DNA from: an uncultured delta proteobacterium
Lineage (GTDB): Bacteria > Desulfobacterota > Syntrophobacteria > BM002
Assembly (NCBI GenBank): GCA_963712115.1
Contig: CAVQGX010000026.1
Location: 64,001 to 128,000, forward strand
DNA length: 64,000 bases
Direction of reading: 5' to 3'
How positions within the stretch are numbered: position 1 is the first letter of the stretch; every line of letters begins with the position of its first letter. Below, piece after piece: positions 11,047 to 20,653 of the stretch. The notes beneath the pieces were generated by a model that saw only the letters and a list, made by a program, of their open reading frames with translations, ran no database searches and was not told the DNA's origin. Position numbers and translations under genes: made by a program.

Positions 11047-11469
11047 TCAATGGAGCATGGTTCCGCCTGAAGTTCGCTCCTGCGGGGGAAGTTGAAGAAG
11101 TTTCTCCACCTGAGCCGCTTTTTCATGGTTGTCTGCTCGCTCATAGGCAAAGCTGGCAAACAAAAGCTTACCCAGCCCCAAGGCTTTGTCCCCTAACTGT
11201 GTCCACTCTTCAGGAGATGGAGAATCCCTCAGAATTTTTGCTAATCTATGGTAGAGAAAATAATCTCCCTCGGCAGCACACTTTTCCTTGAGCTGAATCA
11301 ACCCTTCAAAATGTTCGGCTTTTTCAAAGAAATCGATGCAGTCGGAAATGAATCCCTCCTGCAAATAGCCTTGGCCCAGCTTTATAAGTTCGGAGTTGTC
11401 CACTCTGTCGCTGTTTAGTAAGTCGCGCTTTTTTAGACAACTTGGGAGCTTTTTGCCTGCCAATGCCAT
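11047..11469 (-). CDS. Hypothetical helical (TPR-like) protein
   Basis: ATG at 11469 (MALAGKKLPSCLKKRDLLN). The longer ORF-track start overlaps rpoZ. Confidence 0.65.
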   Translation of the reverse strand: MALAGKKLPSCLKKRDLLNSDRVDNSELIKLGQGYLQEGFISDCIDFFEKAEHFEGLIQLKEKCAAEGDYFLYHRLAKILRDSPSPEEWTQLGDKALGLGKLLFASFAYERADNHEKAAQVEKLLQLPPQERTSGGTMLH

Positions 11470-11530
11470 TAACTCCTTACACCCTAGCTGGCCACAGCCT
11501 GCTGCCAGGGAAAGTGTTATGCAGACGAAC

Positions 11531-11872
11531 TCAGTCTTCCTTAACTTCTTCGCCTTCGTCGGCTTTTGCTGACTGGGGTAGTGCTTCTTTTGCGTCCTCC
11601 TGAGTGGTGGCTTCGGTTTCAGCTTCCTCAGGACTTTGCTCTGGTAGGGTCTCGGCGATAAGCTCATCCGGTTCGATCTGGGCGAGAGAGTCAAAATTCA
11701 CTAGCCCAGCTGCGATTTCTCTGAGGGCCAAGACAACCTCTTTGTTTTTAGGTGCATCTACAAGGGGAGTGGCACCTTTACGTAGTTGGATGACCCTTTT
11801 GGCGCCGAGATGGACCAAAATGAAGCGATTGTTGACTTCCTTGAGACAATCTTCAATGGTGACACGAGCCAT
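11531..11872 (-). CDS. rpoZ: RNA polymerase omega subunit
   Basis: [30 protein letters not shown]; acidic tail; GAGGAGG RBS. Confidence 0.96.
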   Translation of the reverse strand: MARVTIEDCLKEVNNRFILVHLGAKRVIQLRKGATPLVDAPKNKEVVLALREIAAGLVNFDSLAQIEPDELIAETLPEQSPEEAETEATTQEDAKEALPQSAKADEGEEVKED

Positions 11873-11969
11873 GTTTGTCCTCCTCAAAAAATGAATGTAT
11901 ACCCGAGAACTTTACAGGAAGCAAGGGGAAAATGGAAATCAGCAGTCAGGCAGCAGCAGACAGCAGGCA

Positions 11970-12222
11970 GTCATGAGGTCATTACACTCTGCGCTATCGC
12001 GCTTCGCTGTCATCAGGGCTGGGCCCGTCATTAGGCCTAACGGCCGTCATTAGGTTGTTTCAACGCCACAATGACATTTAACTATGAATGACAGCGTAGC
12101 GAAACTGGGAACCCGCTTGCGGGACTGAGCGGAGCGCAGCGAGCGCGAATAATTGACCTAATGACCATAAATGACGCCGCAGGCATAATGACGGCGAAGC
12201 CATATGACGCGTAGTAAATGAC
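11970..12222. repeat. GTCATT/AATGAC palindromic element with mini-hairpin modules (family R2)
   Basis: Left half has repeated GTCATT, right half has repeated AATGAC, interleaved with GCGTAGC, GCCGCAGGC and GGCGAAGCC hairpins. Confidence 0.8.
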
Positions 12223-12259
12223 CTGTTGAATGCCAGCCGTCAGCTTCCAGCTGACAAAT

Positions 12260-12304
12260 AAAAAAGCCCAGGCAACCCGAGATCTAGAGCCCGGGCGCCT
12301 GGGC
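12260..12304 (-). terminator. Intrinsic terminator of groESL
   Basis: GCCCAGGC...GCCTGGGC stem plus TTTTTT on the minus strand. Confidence 0.8.
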
Positions 12305-12328
12305 CGCATTTGTAACTCCTTTGGTGAA

Positions 12329-14002
<1,674 letters not shown>

Positions 14003-14290
14003 CTATTTAATTATGGCAAGAATATCGTCCTCACGCATGATTAGATGTTCCTCGCCATCAATCTTGATGTCCGTTCCCGCATACTTACCAAAAAGCACTC
14101 GGTCTCCCTTTTTGACGCTAACCGGACTAACCTTGCCATTTTCCAATATCTTTCCTTTGCCAGCAGCAACAACTTTACCCTGCTGGGGCTTTTCTTTAGC
14201 AGTATCAGGAATAATAATACCGCCGGTGGTCTTTTCCTCCTCCTTGATCCGTTTGACAATGACTCGATCTTGCAAAGGTCTCAGCTTCAT
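14003..14290 (-). CDS. groS: Co-chaperonin GroES
   Basis: [28 protein letters not shown]; AAGGAG RBS. Confidence 0.98.
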   Translation of the reverse strand: MKLRPLQDRVIVKRIKEEEKTTGGIIIPDTAKEKPQQGKVVAAGKGKILENGKVSPVSVKKGDRVLFGKYAGTDIKIDGEEHLIMREDDILAIIK

Positions 14291-14377
14291 GCCATCACTC
14301 TCCTTTTCTAATAGCACTCCCCTAGAGTGCAAAATTGATTTAGATATTGTGGGAGTCTGTACTTCCTCAGAGAATTG

Positions 14378-14404
14378 TTAGCACTCGTCTAGGATGAGTG
14401 CTAA
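14378..14404. promoter_or_regulatory. CIRCE element (HrcA operator)
   Basis: Perfect TTAGCACTC-N9-GAGTGCTAA upstream of groES. Confidence 0.97.
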
Positions 14405-14622
14405 CACAGAGAAATTTACCGATTCGTAGAAAAAATTCAAGTGCTAAAATAGGTTTTCTCCCTCTAAATAACATAGGATGCTTAGGAAAATAAGGCGTAA
14501 TCTTCAAATGTCAAGACTTTCCTCTTTTGTTCGCCTCAATACTTCATTTTGATCCCTAAAAAAAGAAAGAAGAGAGAACTCAATGGGGATTATCATAGCA
14601 TTAACCCGCGGCTAGATTTGCC

Positions 14623-14651
14623 TTGACAAACTAAATGGCCTTGGGCATTGT
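14623..14651 (+). promoter_or_regulatory. Possible sigma-70 promoter for the SRPBCC-serC unit
   Basis: TTGACA-N17-CATTGT. Confidence 0.45.
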
Positions 14652-14839
14652 TAGCGCCAATATATGTGTTCCCAGCTTCCCCTCTTTGCCGCAGGCGGTC
14701 AAATTGGGGTTTTCGTTTTGCCGTTGTATTTGCCTGGCAGAAAACAACCTGCCTCTCGGTTATAATTTTAGCGAAGGCCGGTTGTCCGCCTTGCCGGTTG
14801 GGAAGATACCTGCAAATTTCACTCATTTAGGATGAGCAG

Positions 14840-15319
14840 TTGAATTCCAATAATAACAACAGCTCGATCACCGTTAGAAAAAATGGCAATGGAATAGTGG
14901 CGGAAATAACCGTCGCTGCCGGGACAGAACGTGTTTGGCGTATTCTGACTTCCTTTGATGAAATGGGCGCACATCTGAGCGGACTAAAAACAAGCAAAGT
15001 ATTAAGAAAAGAAGGCAATTACCTTCTGGTAGAACAAAGGGCGAAAGTGGGAATTTCGCTCTTATCATTTTCTTTTCGAGTGGTTATGGACGTTGTCGAA
15101 GATAGACCCTTCCTCTATTTCAGCCAGCGCCAGGGATCCTTTGCAACCTTCCGCGGCCATTGGAGGGTCGAACCTAAATCGGACGGCAAGGGAACCCGGA
15201 TTAGCTATTATCTCGAAGCTAGTCCGGCTCAGAGTCTGGGAGGTCGACAGTTTGGCAATCTGATGATCAAACAAAACTTGCAGCAATTAGCTTGCTGGAT
15301 CGATAATGGGGGAATTTAG
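14840..15319 (+). CDS. SRPBCC/polyketide cyclase-like (START) protein
   Basis: ERVWRILTSFD..., GSFATFRGHWRVEP..GTRISY pattern. Start uncertain (TTG). Confidence 0.75.
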   Translation: MNSNNNNSSITVRKNGNGIVAEITVAAGTERVWRILTSFDEMGAHLSGLKTSKVLRKEGNYLLVEQRAKVGISLLSFSFRVVMDVVEDRPFLYFSQRQGSFATFRGHWRVEPKSDGKGTRISYYLEASPAQSLGGRQFGNLMIKQNLQQLACWIDNGGI

Positions 15320-15335
15320 GAATTGAGGAGTCCCT

Positions 15336-15581
15336 ATGCGCCGGCACCGTCATGACTTTGTGGAAAAATACCAGGGGATAATGGCCTTCGGCTATTCCCG
15401 CGAGGAAGATGAACGCTCCCTGATAGTTTTTCTGCAAAAGTTCTCCGACGATGACCTCATGGAACTGCTAAGGGGTCGAGTTAGCGACTCAGAGATTGAC
15501 AATCTGGTTGATCTCCTTACGGGCCTAATGAAAAAACATCTGAGCGAAGAAGAGTATCATCGTTATTTCCTCAAAGACTAA
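15336..15581 (+). CDS. Conserved hypothetical cytoplasmic protein
   Basis: GAGGAG RBS; helical acidic 81-aa ORF inside the operon. Confidence 0.75.
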   Translation: MRRHRHDFVEKYQGIMAFGYSREEDERSLIVFLQKFSDDDLMELLRGRVSDSEIDNLVDLLTGLMKKHLSEEEYHRYFLKD

Positions 15582-15643
15582 AAGGCATAGGGCATGGGGC
15601 ATGGCGCAGAGGGCGAGACTTAAGGACTAAGGAGGAGCAACAG

Positions 15644-16729
15644 ATGGGGAAGCGCATTTATAACTTCAACCCAGGTCCAGCTGCGCTGCCATTGCCTGTT
15701 CTTGAAGAGATTCAAGCGGAGTTCTTGGATTACAGGGGATCTGGCATGTCCATAACCGAAGTGAGCCATCGCTCTGCCTTGTTCGATGAGGTGATAAACG
15801 ATGCCAAGCTGCGGGTCAGACGGCTGCTTGAATGTGGGGAAGACTATGAGGTGCTATTTCTCCAAGGAGGAGCGAGTCTGCAATTTTCCATGGTGCCAAT
15901 GAATTTGCTACCGGATGATCAGTTCGCTGACTACGTGAACACCGGCTCTTGGTCTACAAAGGCCATAAAAGAGGCTCAGATTCTGAATAAAGAGGTGCGG
16001 GTGGTTGCCTCTTCGGAGGACCGTGACTTCACCTATATTCCAAGGAATATCAGCTTAAATGAGGATGCGGCCTATGTACACATAACTTCTAATAATACCA
16101 TTCGCGGTACCCAATGGAGCAGTTTCCCCGATACGGGAACCGTACCCCTGGTAAGTGACGTTTCCTCTGACATCATGGGCCGCGCTATGGACCTAGCCCC
16201 CTTTGGACTCATTTATGCGGGGGCCCAGAAAAATCTGGGACCGGCAGGTGTCACCCTGGTGGTAATCCGAAGAGACATGCTTGAGCGCGTACCGGACAAT
16301 CTGCCCATTATGTTGAAGTACACCACTTTCGCCGCCAAGAACTCAATGTTCAATACCCCGCCTTGTTTCGCCATCTACGTGGTTCAACTGGTGCTCAAAT
16401 GGCTGGAAGAAAACGTAGGTGGTCTGGCCAAGATGGAACAGATAAACAAGGAAAAGGCAGCACTTGTTTACAACTACCTGGATAAGAGTGATTTTTACTG
16501 GGGCACTGCGGAAAAAGAAGACCGGTCGATGATGAATGTCACTTTCCGCTTAACAGATCAATCTCTTGAGCAAATATTCATCGACCAAGCCTTGGCAAGT
16601 GGTCTAGGGGGCCTCAAAGGACATCGCTCGGTTGGCGGCTGCCGCGCCTCCCTCTATAATGCCACAGACCTTGAGGCAGTGGAGGCCCTGGTCTCGTTCA
16701 TGGCAGATTTCGAACGTAGTTATGGTTAA
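15644..16729 (+). CDS. serC: Phosphoserine aminotransferase
   Basis: YNFNPGPAALP, LFLQGGAS, AGAQKNLGPAG (PLP Lys) and GHRSVGGCRAS. Confidence 0.97.
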   Translation: MGKRIYNFNPGPAALPLPVLEEIQAEFLDYRGSGMSITEVSHRSALFDEVINDAKLRVRRLLECGEDYEVLFLQGGASLQFSMVPMNLLPDDQFADYVNTGSWSTKAIKEAQILNKEVRVVASSEDRDFTYIPRNISLNEDAAYVHITSNNTIRGTQWSSFPDTGTVPLVSDVSSDIMGRAMDLAPFGLIYAGAQKNLGPAGVTLVVIRRDMLERVPDNLPIMLKYTTFAAKNSMFNTPPCFAIYVVQLVLKWLEENVGGLAKMEQINKEKAALVYNYLDKSDFYWGTAEKEDRSMMNVTFRLTDQSLEQIFIDQALASGLGGLKGHRSVGGCRASLYNATDLEAVEALVSFMADFERSYG

Positions 16730-16786
16730 ACGCCTAGCGCTTTAACCAGCAGGCAGCGGACAGCTCGCAGCAGGCAGTCGTTTTAA

Positions 16787-16963
16787 CTAGGCACTAGGAA
16801 CTAAGCACTAGACACTAGGCACAGCAGGGCGACGCGGTGAAACGGCGAGACGGAGACGCGGCGAAAATACCAGAAATTGAGAGGAATTCTGTTTTGATAG
16901 CTTTTCTCCTGAATTCTGGATTCTGGCTCCTTGCTCTATGCCCCATGCTCAATGCCCTATGCC
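16787..16963 (-). repeat. Composite heptamer-flanked element, family R1 copy 1
   Basis: Near-identical reverse complement of 39184..39364. Confidence 0.85.
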
Positions 16964-17065
16964 TTTTTGAATCCGCAATCCGCAATCCGCAATCCCAAAT
17001 TGACAAAGTGCCTAGCTCTCTCCGCCTTGCCCCTCGCGCAATGAGGTCTGGGAGGACTTGACGCC

Positions 17066-17692
17066 GTGCTCTTCTACTACCGCGTCGATCGTGCCCTGGC
17101 TGTCGGTTCCCCCTGGTGTCGTTGGCTGATTTCTCGGGCTCCCACTTCTGTTGTCCTTAAATACAACAGGACCTTTCCCCCCTATCATCCCACCACGAGA
17201 ATGTGCCTGAGTCTAATGCTCCAGATTCTGAAGGAACGATCCTATCAAGACCTTGTGGATGTGGGGTGCGGAAGCGGTGTTCTCGCGCTAGCAGGCTTAA
17301 AACTGGGTATCGAGAGGGCAGTAGCACTGGATATCGACCCCCAAGCGCTTAACCTTAGTAGAATAAATGGACAATTAAATGGGTTGGCAAGCAGACTTAT
17401 GCTGGTCAAGGGTTCAGCCGAAGCAGTAGCTGGCTGCTTTGATCTGGTACTAGCAAACTTGCCTATGCAGGTGCTCACTGAAAAACTCCCGGAGCTGTGT
17501 CGCCTAAGTAGGGCCGGAGGCGGGCTGGTGCTCTCAGGCTTTCAGGATCTAGACAAGCCTTTGCTGCAAGAAAAACTAGGACATCAGGGACTGAAAGAAA
17601 AAACGTGGTTGAGTGCGGATCTCACTTTTTTTGGCGAGTCACCAACCGGGAGTTTTACCTGGATGGCGGTGCATGCCACTAGAGACCACTAG
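17066..17692 (+). CDS. SAM-dependent methyltransferase, PrmA-like catalytic domain only
   Basis: HPTTRMCL, DVGCGSGVL, DIDP, FDLVLANL and LVLSG; lacks the PrmA N-terminal domain. Confidence 0.75.
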   Translation: MLFYYRVDRALAVGSPWCRWLISRAPTSVVLKYNRTFPPYHPTTRMCLSLMLQILKERSYQDLVDVGCGSGVLALAGLKLGIERAVALDIDPQALNLSRINGQLNGLASRLMLVKGSAEAVAGCFDLVLANLPMQVLTEKLPELCRLSRAGGGLVLSGFQDLDKPLLQEKLGHQGLKEKTWLSADLTFFGESPTGSFTWMAVHATRDH

Positions 17693-17716
17693 GCACTACG
17701 CACTGAGTAACATGAA

Positions 17717-17856
17717 GTCAGTTGCTTCGCGTCACTTGGCTGCGCCGTCATTAGGCCTTGCGGCCGTCATTAAGTTGTTACAACAAATTATCTATGAATG
17801 ACAGCGTAGCGTTAATGACCATAAATGACGCCGAAGGCAACTGACCACCCATGACG
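17717..17856. repeat. Family R2 element between convergent genes
   Basis: GTCATT/AATGAC units with GCTTCGC, GGCCTTGCGGCC, GCGTAGC and GCCGAAGGC modules. Confidence 0.75.
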
Positions 17857-17894
17857 GGAGCAGCCCGCAGTGGGCAGCAGGCAGAAATTTTCAG

Positions 17895-18989
17895 CTAAAT
17901 TTTGAATTCCAAGCGTATATGCTCAGATACCTGGCGAGTAAGGGAGATTACTCTCTCGGCCAGGGCTTCAGTCAGGGTGCCACAACCGCAGCTGGGAGTA
18001 ATAAGCGCTTGGCGAAAGATGGTTTCCAGCGAAAGATCATTGCCGACCAGCTCCTCGACCTGGCTGCGCCAGCGACTCACTAAGGAATCAGAGCTTTCTT
18101 GATTGATATGATCCGCTTCCATAGTCGGAACGATACCCCAGGCTACCAGGCCGCCGCGGTCGAGGTACGGAACCAGATCCGGACGATAGAGAGCAAAACG
18201 GTCAAAGTAGTTATAGGCGTCGAAATTGATCAGGTCCAAAGAACTTCCGAAGAAAAGAGACCAGTCAGTGTTTGCGCAAACGTGAGTACCTGCGAGACCG
18301 CCAGCTTTATGAATATGGCTGGCCACCTCATTGTGCAGAGTGATGATCTCTTCTGCCGAAACGCTGATAAAGGCAGATGAGCCAAACCCGGCTAGGGCGG
18401 GCTCGTCGATGAATACAATAACAGGCAGTCCAGAGCGGGCCAATCGTTCGACCTGCCACTGCGCCTTGAGGGCGAGAGTCTTAACCACCACATCACGGAG
18501 TCGAGGGTCGTAGAGGGCAAGTTGATCATTCTCGTTTTTCAGACCCGCCAGCAAAGTAAAAGGTCCGGTGATTTGGCCCTTTACCGCAGCAGGGCGCGGC
18601 TGCTGCCGTTCCAGCCTGTCCAGAAAGGCAAAGAAAGTCCTGCCCGTGTCGTCTCCGAAACGAAAGCGGGACTTTTCCAAAGGAAGCTCGCCATCTGAGG
18701 CTGCCAGGTATTCCTCATAAAATTTGAGCAATTCCTCCTCGAAGTTTGGGGCAGAGGTGACAAACAGGGTACGGTTGTCTCTGCGCACCAATCCAGGCAG
18801 GCCTTCGTTGAACTGCACCATCATCTGTTCGGGGTTATAGGGCGAAAGTTGCGGCCAGACAGGAATTTCCACCATCTGTTCAAACACCAGGTCTAAAGCC
18901 CTCCGGCGATCATCATGGGGCAAGCTTCCCACCAGAGTGGCGGCTGCGTTAGGGTGCCATTTTTCAACAGTATCAGACAAGACTCTCAC
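17895..18989 (-). CDS. Core (single-barrel) MetE-like methionine synthase, MesB-like
   Basis: TLVGSLPH, WPQL, KGQITGPFT, FIDEP, HVC and ITPSCGCG Zn-site motifs; no N-terminal folate barrel. Confidence 0.7.
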   Translation of the reverse strand: MRVLSDTVEKWHPNAAATLVGSLPHDDRRRALDLVFEQMVEIPVWPQLSPYNPEQMMVQFNEGLPGLVRRDNRTLFVTSAPNFEEELLKFYEEYLAASDGELPLEKSRFRFGDDTGRTFFAFLDRLERQQPRPAAVKGQITGPFTLLAGLKNENDQLALYDPRLRDVVVKTLALKAQWQVERLARSGLPVIVFIDEPALAGFGSSAFISVSAEEIITLHNEVASHIHKAGGLAGTHVCANTDWSLFFGSSLDLINFDAYNYFDRFALYRPDLVPYLDRGGLVAWGIVPTMEADHINQESSDSLVSRWRSQVEELVGNDLSLETIFRQALITPSCGCGTLTEALAERVISLTRQVSEHIRLEFKI

Positions 18990-19291
18990 TCCTAATTTCT
19001 CAGGAATTAAATAGCTCTGTTCTCTTAAAAAATAACAGAGCCGAGGATCTCGAGTCTGGGTATCACACAGTCAAGGTTGTGTCAATGTAAGAAGGGAAAC
19101 AGGAGTTTCCCCAGAAATATTTTTGTGACATAGGCCACGGGAAAGCTACTCCACAACGATCATATTCGCACCATCTATTGGCAGAGTTCCTGCTTAGGAA
19201 GCACCACATCTTCATGCAGGCCCTTTCGAGGCTGAGATTGGTAAAGATAGGTTGCTCAGATGCTCGTTGTTTCGCAGCTTCCCCTTTTGGC

Positions 19292-19514
19292 TTTGGCTGA
19301 TGTCTCTTCTGAGTGACTGCTGAAGGTCTGTGTCACTTCCCCGGCTGTGGATGGGGGAGCCCCTGGCCCGCCGAAGCATTGCGAAGGCGGGAACAGGGAG
19401 GGGGGCCGCCTCCCCGGCCACAGCTGGGCTAGAAGTGACCAGACCGTGAGCCCTGGCCTCCGGCCCATAGGGGCCTACGCCCCGGTGGGAACGACAGAAG
19501 AGACATCAGCCAAA
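19292..19514. repeat. Element bounded by perfect 20-bp inverted repeats
   Basis: TTTGGCTGATGTCTCTTCTG (19292-19311) and CAGAAGAGACATCAGCCAAA (19495-19514) enclose GC-rich hairpins. Confidence 0.7.
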
Positions 19515-19583
19515 CCACTTCGTGTAACATCCGGGCTAAGTAAACAGCGCAAATCAGGGGGGATTATACCGCTGGAATAAAGG

Positions 19584-19612
19584 TTGACAAAAATTGGGCA
19601 ATTGATTAGACT
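19584..19612 (+). promoter_or_regulatory. Sigma-70 promoter of tRNA-Gly
   Basis: TTGACA-N17-TAGACT, 12 nt before the tRNA. Confidence 0.75.
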
Positions 19613-19624
19613 TCCTACGCCTGA

Positions 19625-19700
19625 GCGGGCATAGCTCAGTTGGTAGAGTACGAGCTTCCCAAGCTCGGTGTCGCGGGTTCGAATCCCGTTGCCCGCTCCA
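19625..19700 (+). tRNA. tRNA-Gly(CCC)
   Basis: GCGGGCA acceptor stem, D-arm AGCTCAGTTGGTAGAG, anticodon loop TTCCCAA, GGTTCGAATCC and encoded CCA. Confidence 0.97.
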
Positions 19701-19907
19701 TCAGCTCTTCCAGTTGAGCTGGTGAGCTTGGCGGAGGGAACACGGCTGAAAGCCGATGTTCATGTCCCTTTTTGAGGTAGCTGCCAGGTGGACAGGGAGC
19801 CACCGGCGGTGCGCTTACTTCGATTAGTGGATTTTTAGGTTATAGACTTGCTTGCTTCAAAAGCCAGCTTTTGTTGTCGATTTAGTTATAATCTAGTCTG
19901 CTAGGAG

Positions 19908-19933
19908 AAGTGGGCGTCAGCCCACTTTTTTTT
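19908..19933 (+). promoter_or_regulatory. rimP-leader terminator-like hairpin
   Basis: AAGTGGGC-GTCA-GCCCACTT plus T-run immediately before rimP; TATAAT at 19887-19892. Confidence 0.8.
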
Positions 19934-19937
19934 GTAT

Positions 19938-20408
19938 ATGAAGGAAGATCAACAAGCACAGATCCACAGGCAGGTGGAAGAAATCTGCGAGTCTCTTGTC
20001 GTTTCAGAGGGAATGGAGTTGGTGGACCTTGAGTATCGCAGGGAGGGTCCCCGATGGATGCTCCGACTTTTCATAGACAAAGAGGGGGGAGTTAATATTG
20101 ATGACTGCGCCCGCATTAGTCGGGAGTTAGGCGATCTTTTGGAGGTGAAGGACGTTATTCCCCAAGCCTATGTGCTTGAAGTCTCTTCGCCAGGATTGAA
20201 TCGGCGGATTAGGAAAAAGGAGGATTTTTCTCGGTTTGTCGGTCAAAAGGTTCAGCTCTGGCTAGTTTCGCCCAAGGATGGTCGGAGAAAGATTGTGGGG
20301 GACCTAGTTGGAGTTGAAGGAGAAGAGGTAGTTGTGACAGCTACCGAGGGCCGCTTCTCGGTGGCACTGAAGGATATAGCCAGGGCCAATTTGATCTATG
20401 AATTCTAA
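19938..20408 (+). CDS. rimP: Ribosome maturation factor RimP
   Basis: LRLFIDKEGGVNIDDC..YVLEVSSPGLNR; position before nusA. Confidence 0.96.
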   Translation: MKEDQQAQIHRQVEEICESLVVSEGMELVDLEYRREGPRWMLRLFIDKEGGVNIDDCARISRELGDLLEVKDVIPQAYVLEVSSPGLNRRIRKKEDFSRFVGQKVQLWLVSPKDGRRKIVGDLVGVEGEEVVVTATEGRFSVALKDIARANLIYEF

Positions 20409-20513
20409 AGCCTGAGGCAATGAGCTTTCGGACGTGGATGAACGGCCCGACAAACTCCTGAAACGTTCTCAACTCGAAGGGGTTTTTGTAGCTCTTGAAC
20501 TTTGCCTCGCTTA

Positions 20514-20605
20514 TGGAATATTGGAATATTGGAATGCTGGAAACTGGGAAACCGCTTACATTTTTCTCCCCATTATTCCATTATTCCAAAATTCCATCAT
20601 TCCAG
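20514..20605. repeat. Palindrome of tandem 8-mers (TGGAATAT / ATTATTCC)
   Basis: TGGAATAT-like array pairs with a CATTATTC-like array. A related half-array is at ~22189-22218 and a TGGAGTAC version at ~28303-28406. Confidence 0.75.
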
Positions 20606-20653
20606 TTGGCGAGCAAAGCTAAGCCAAGTTAGTGGATAAGGAGAACAACGGAA

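Noticed and set aside
11970-12222. R2 units or heptamer arrays as a CRISPR array
   Set aside because: Conserved units are only 6-8 nt, the intervening parts are recurring hairpins rather than unique 30-40-nt spacers, and no cas genes are present.
14660-14810. Riboswitch in the leader of the SRPBCC gene
   Set aside because: Hairpins are present, but I could not match any known aptamer consensus.
16815-17061. Short ORFs over repeat elements (also 19212..19580, 20434..20622, 33163..33655, 46861..47076, 51034..51237, 51480..51740)
   Set aside because: They are translations of the intergenic repeat modules (e.g. ALCPMPYAL, SAIRNPQS), with no RBS or protein-like features.
19625-19931. Genomic island integrated at tRNA-Gly
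   Set aside because: No integrase, no duplicated tRNA 3' end seen in the window, and core rimP-nusA synteny follows immediately.
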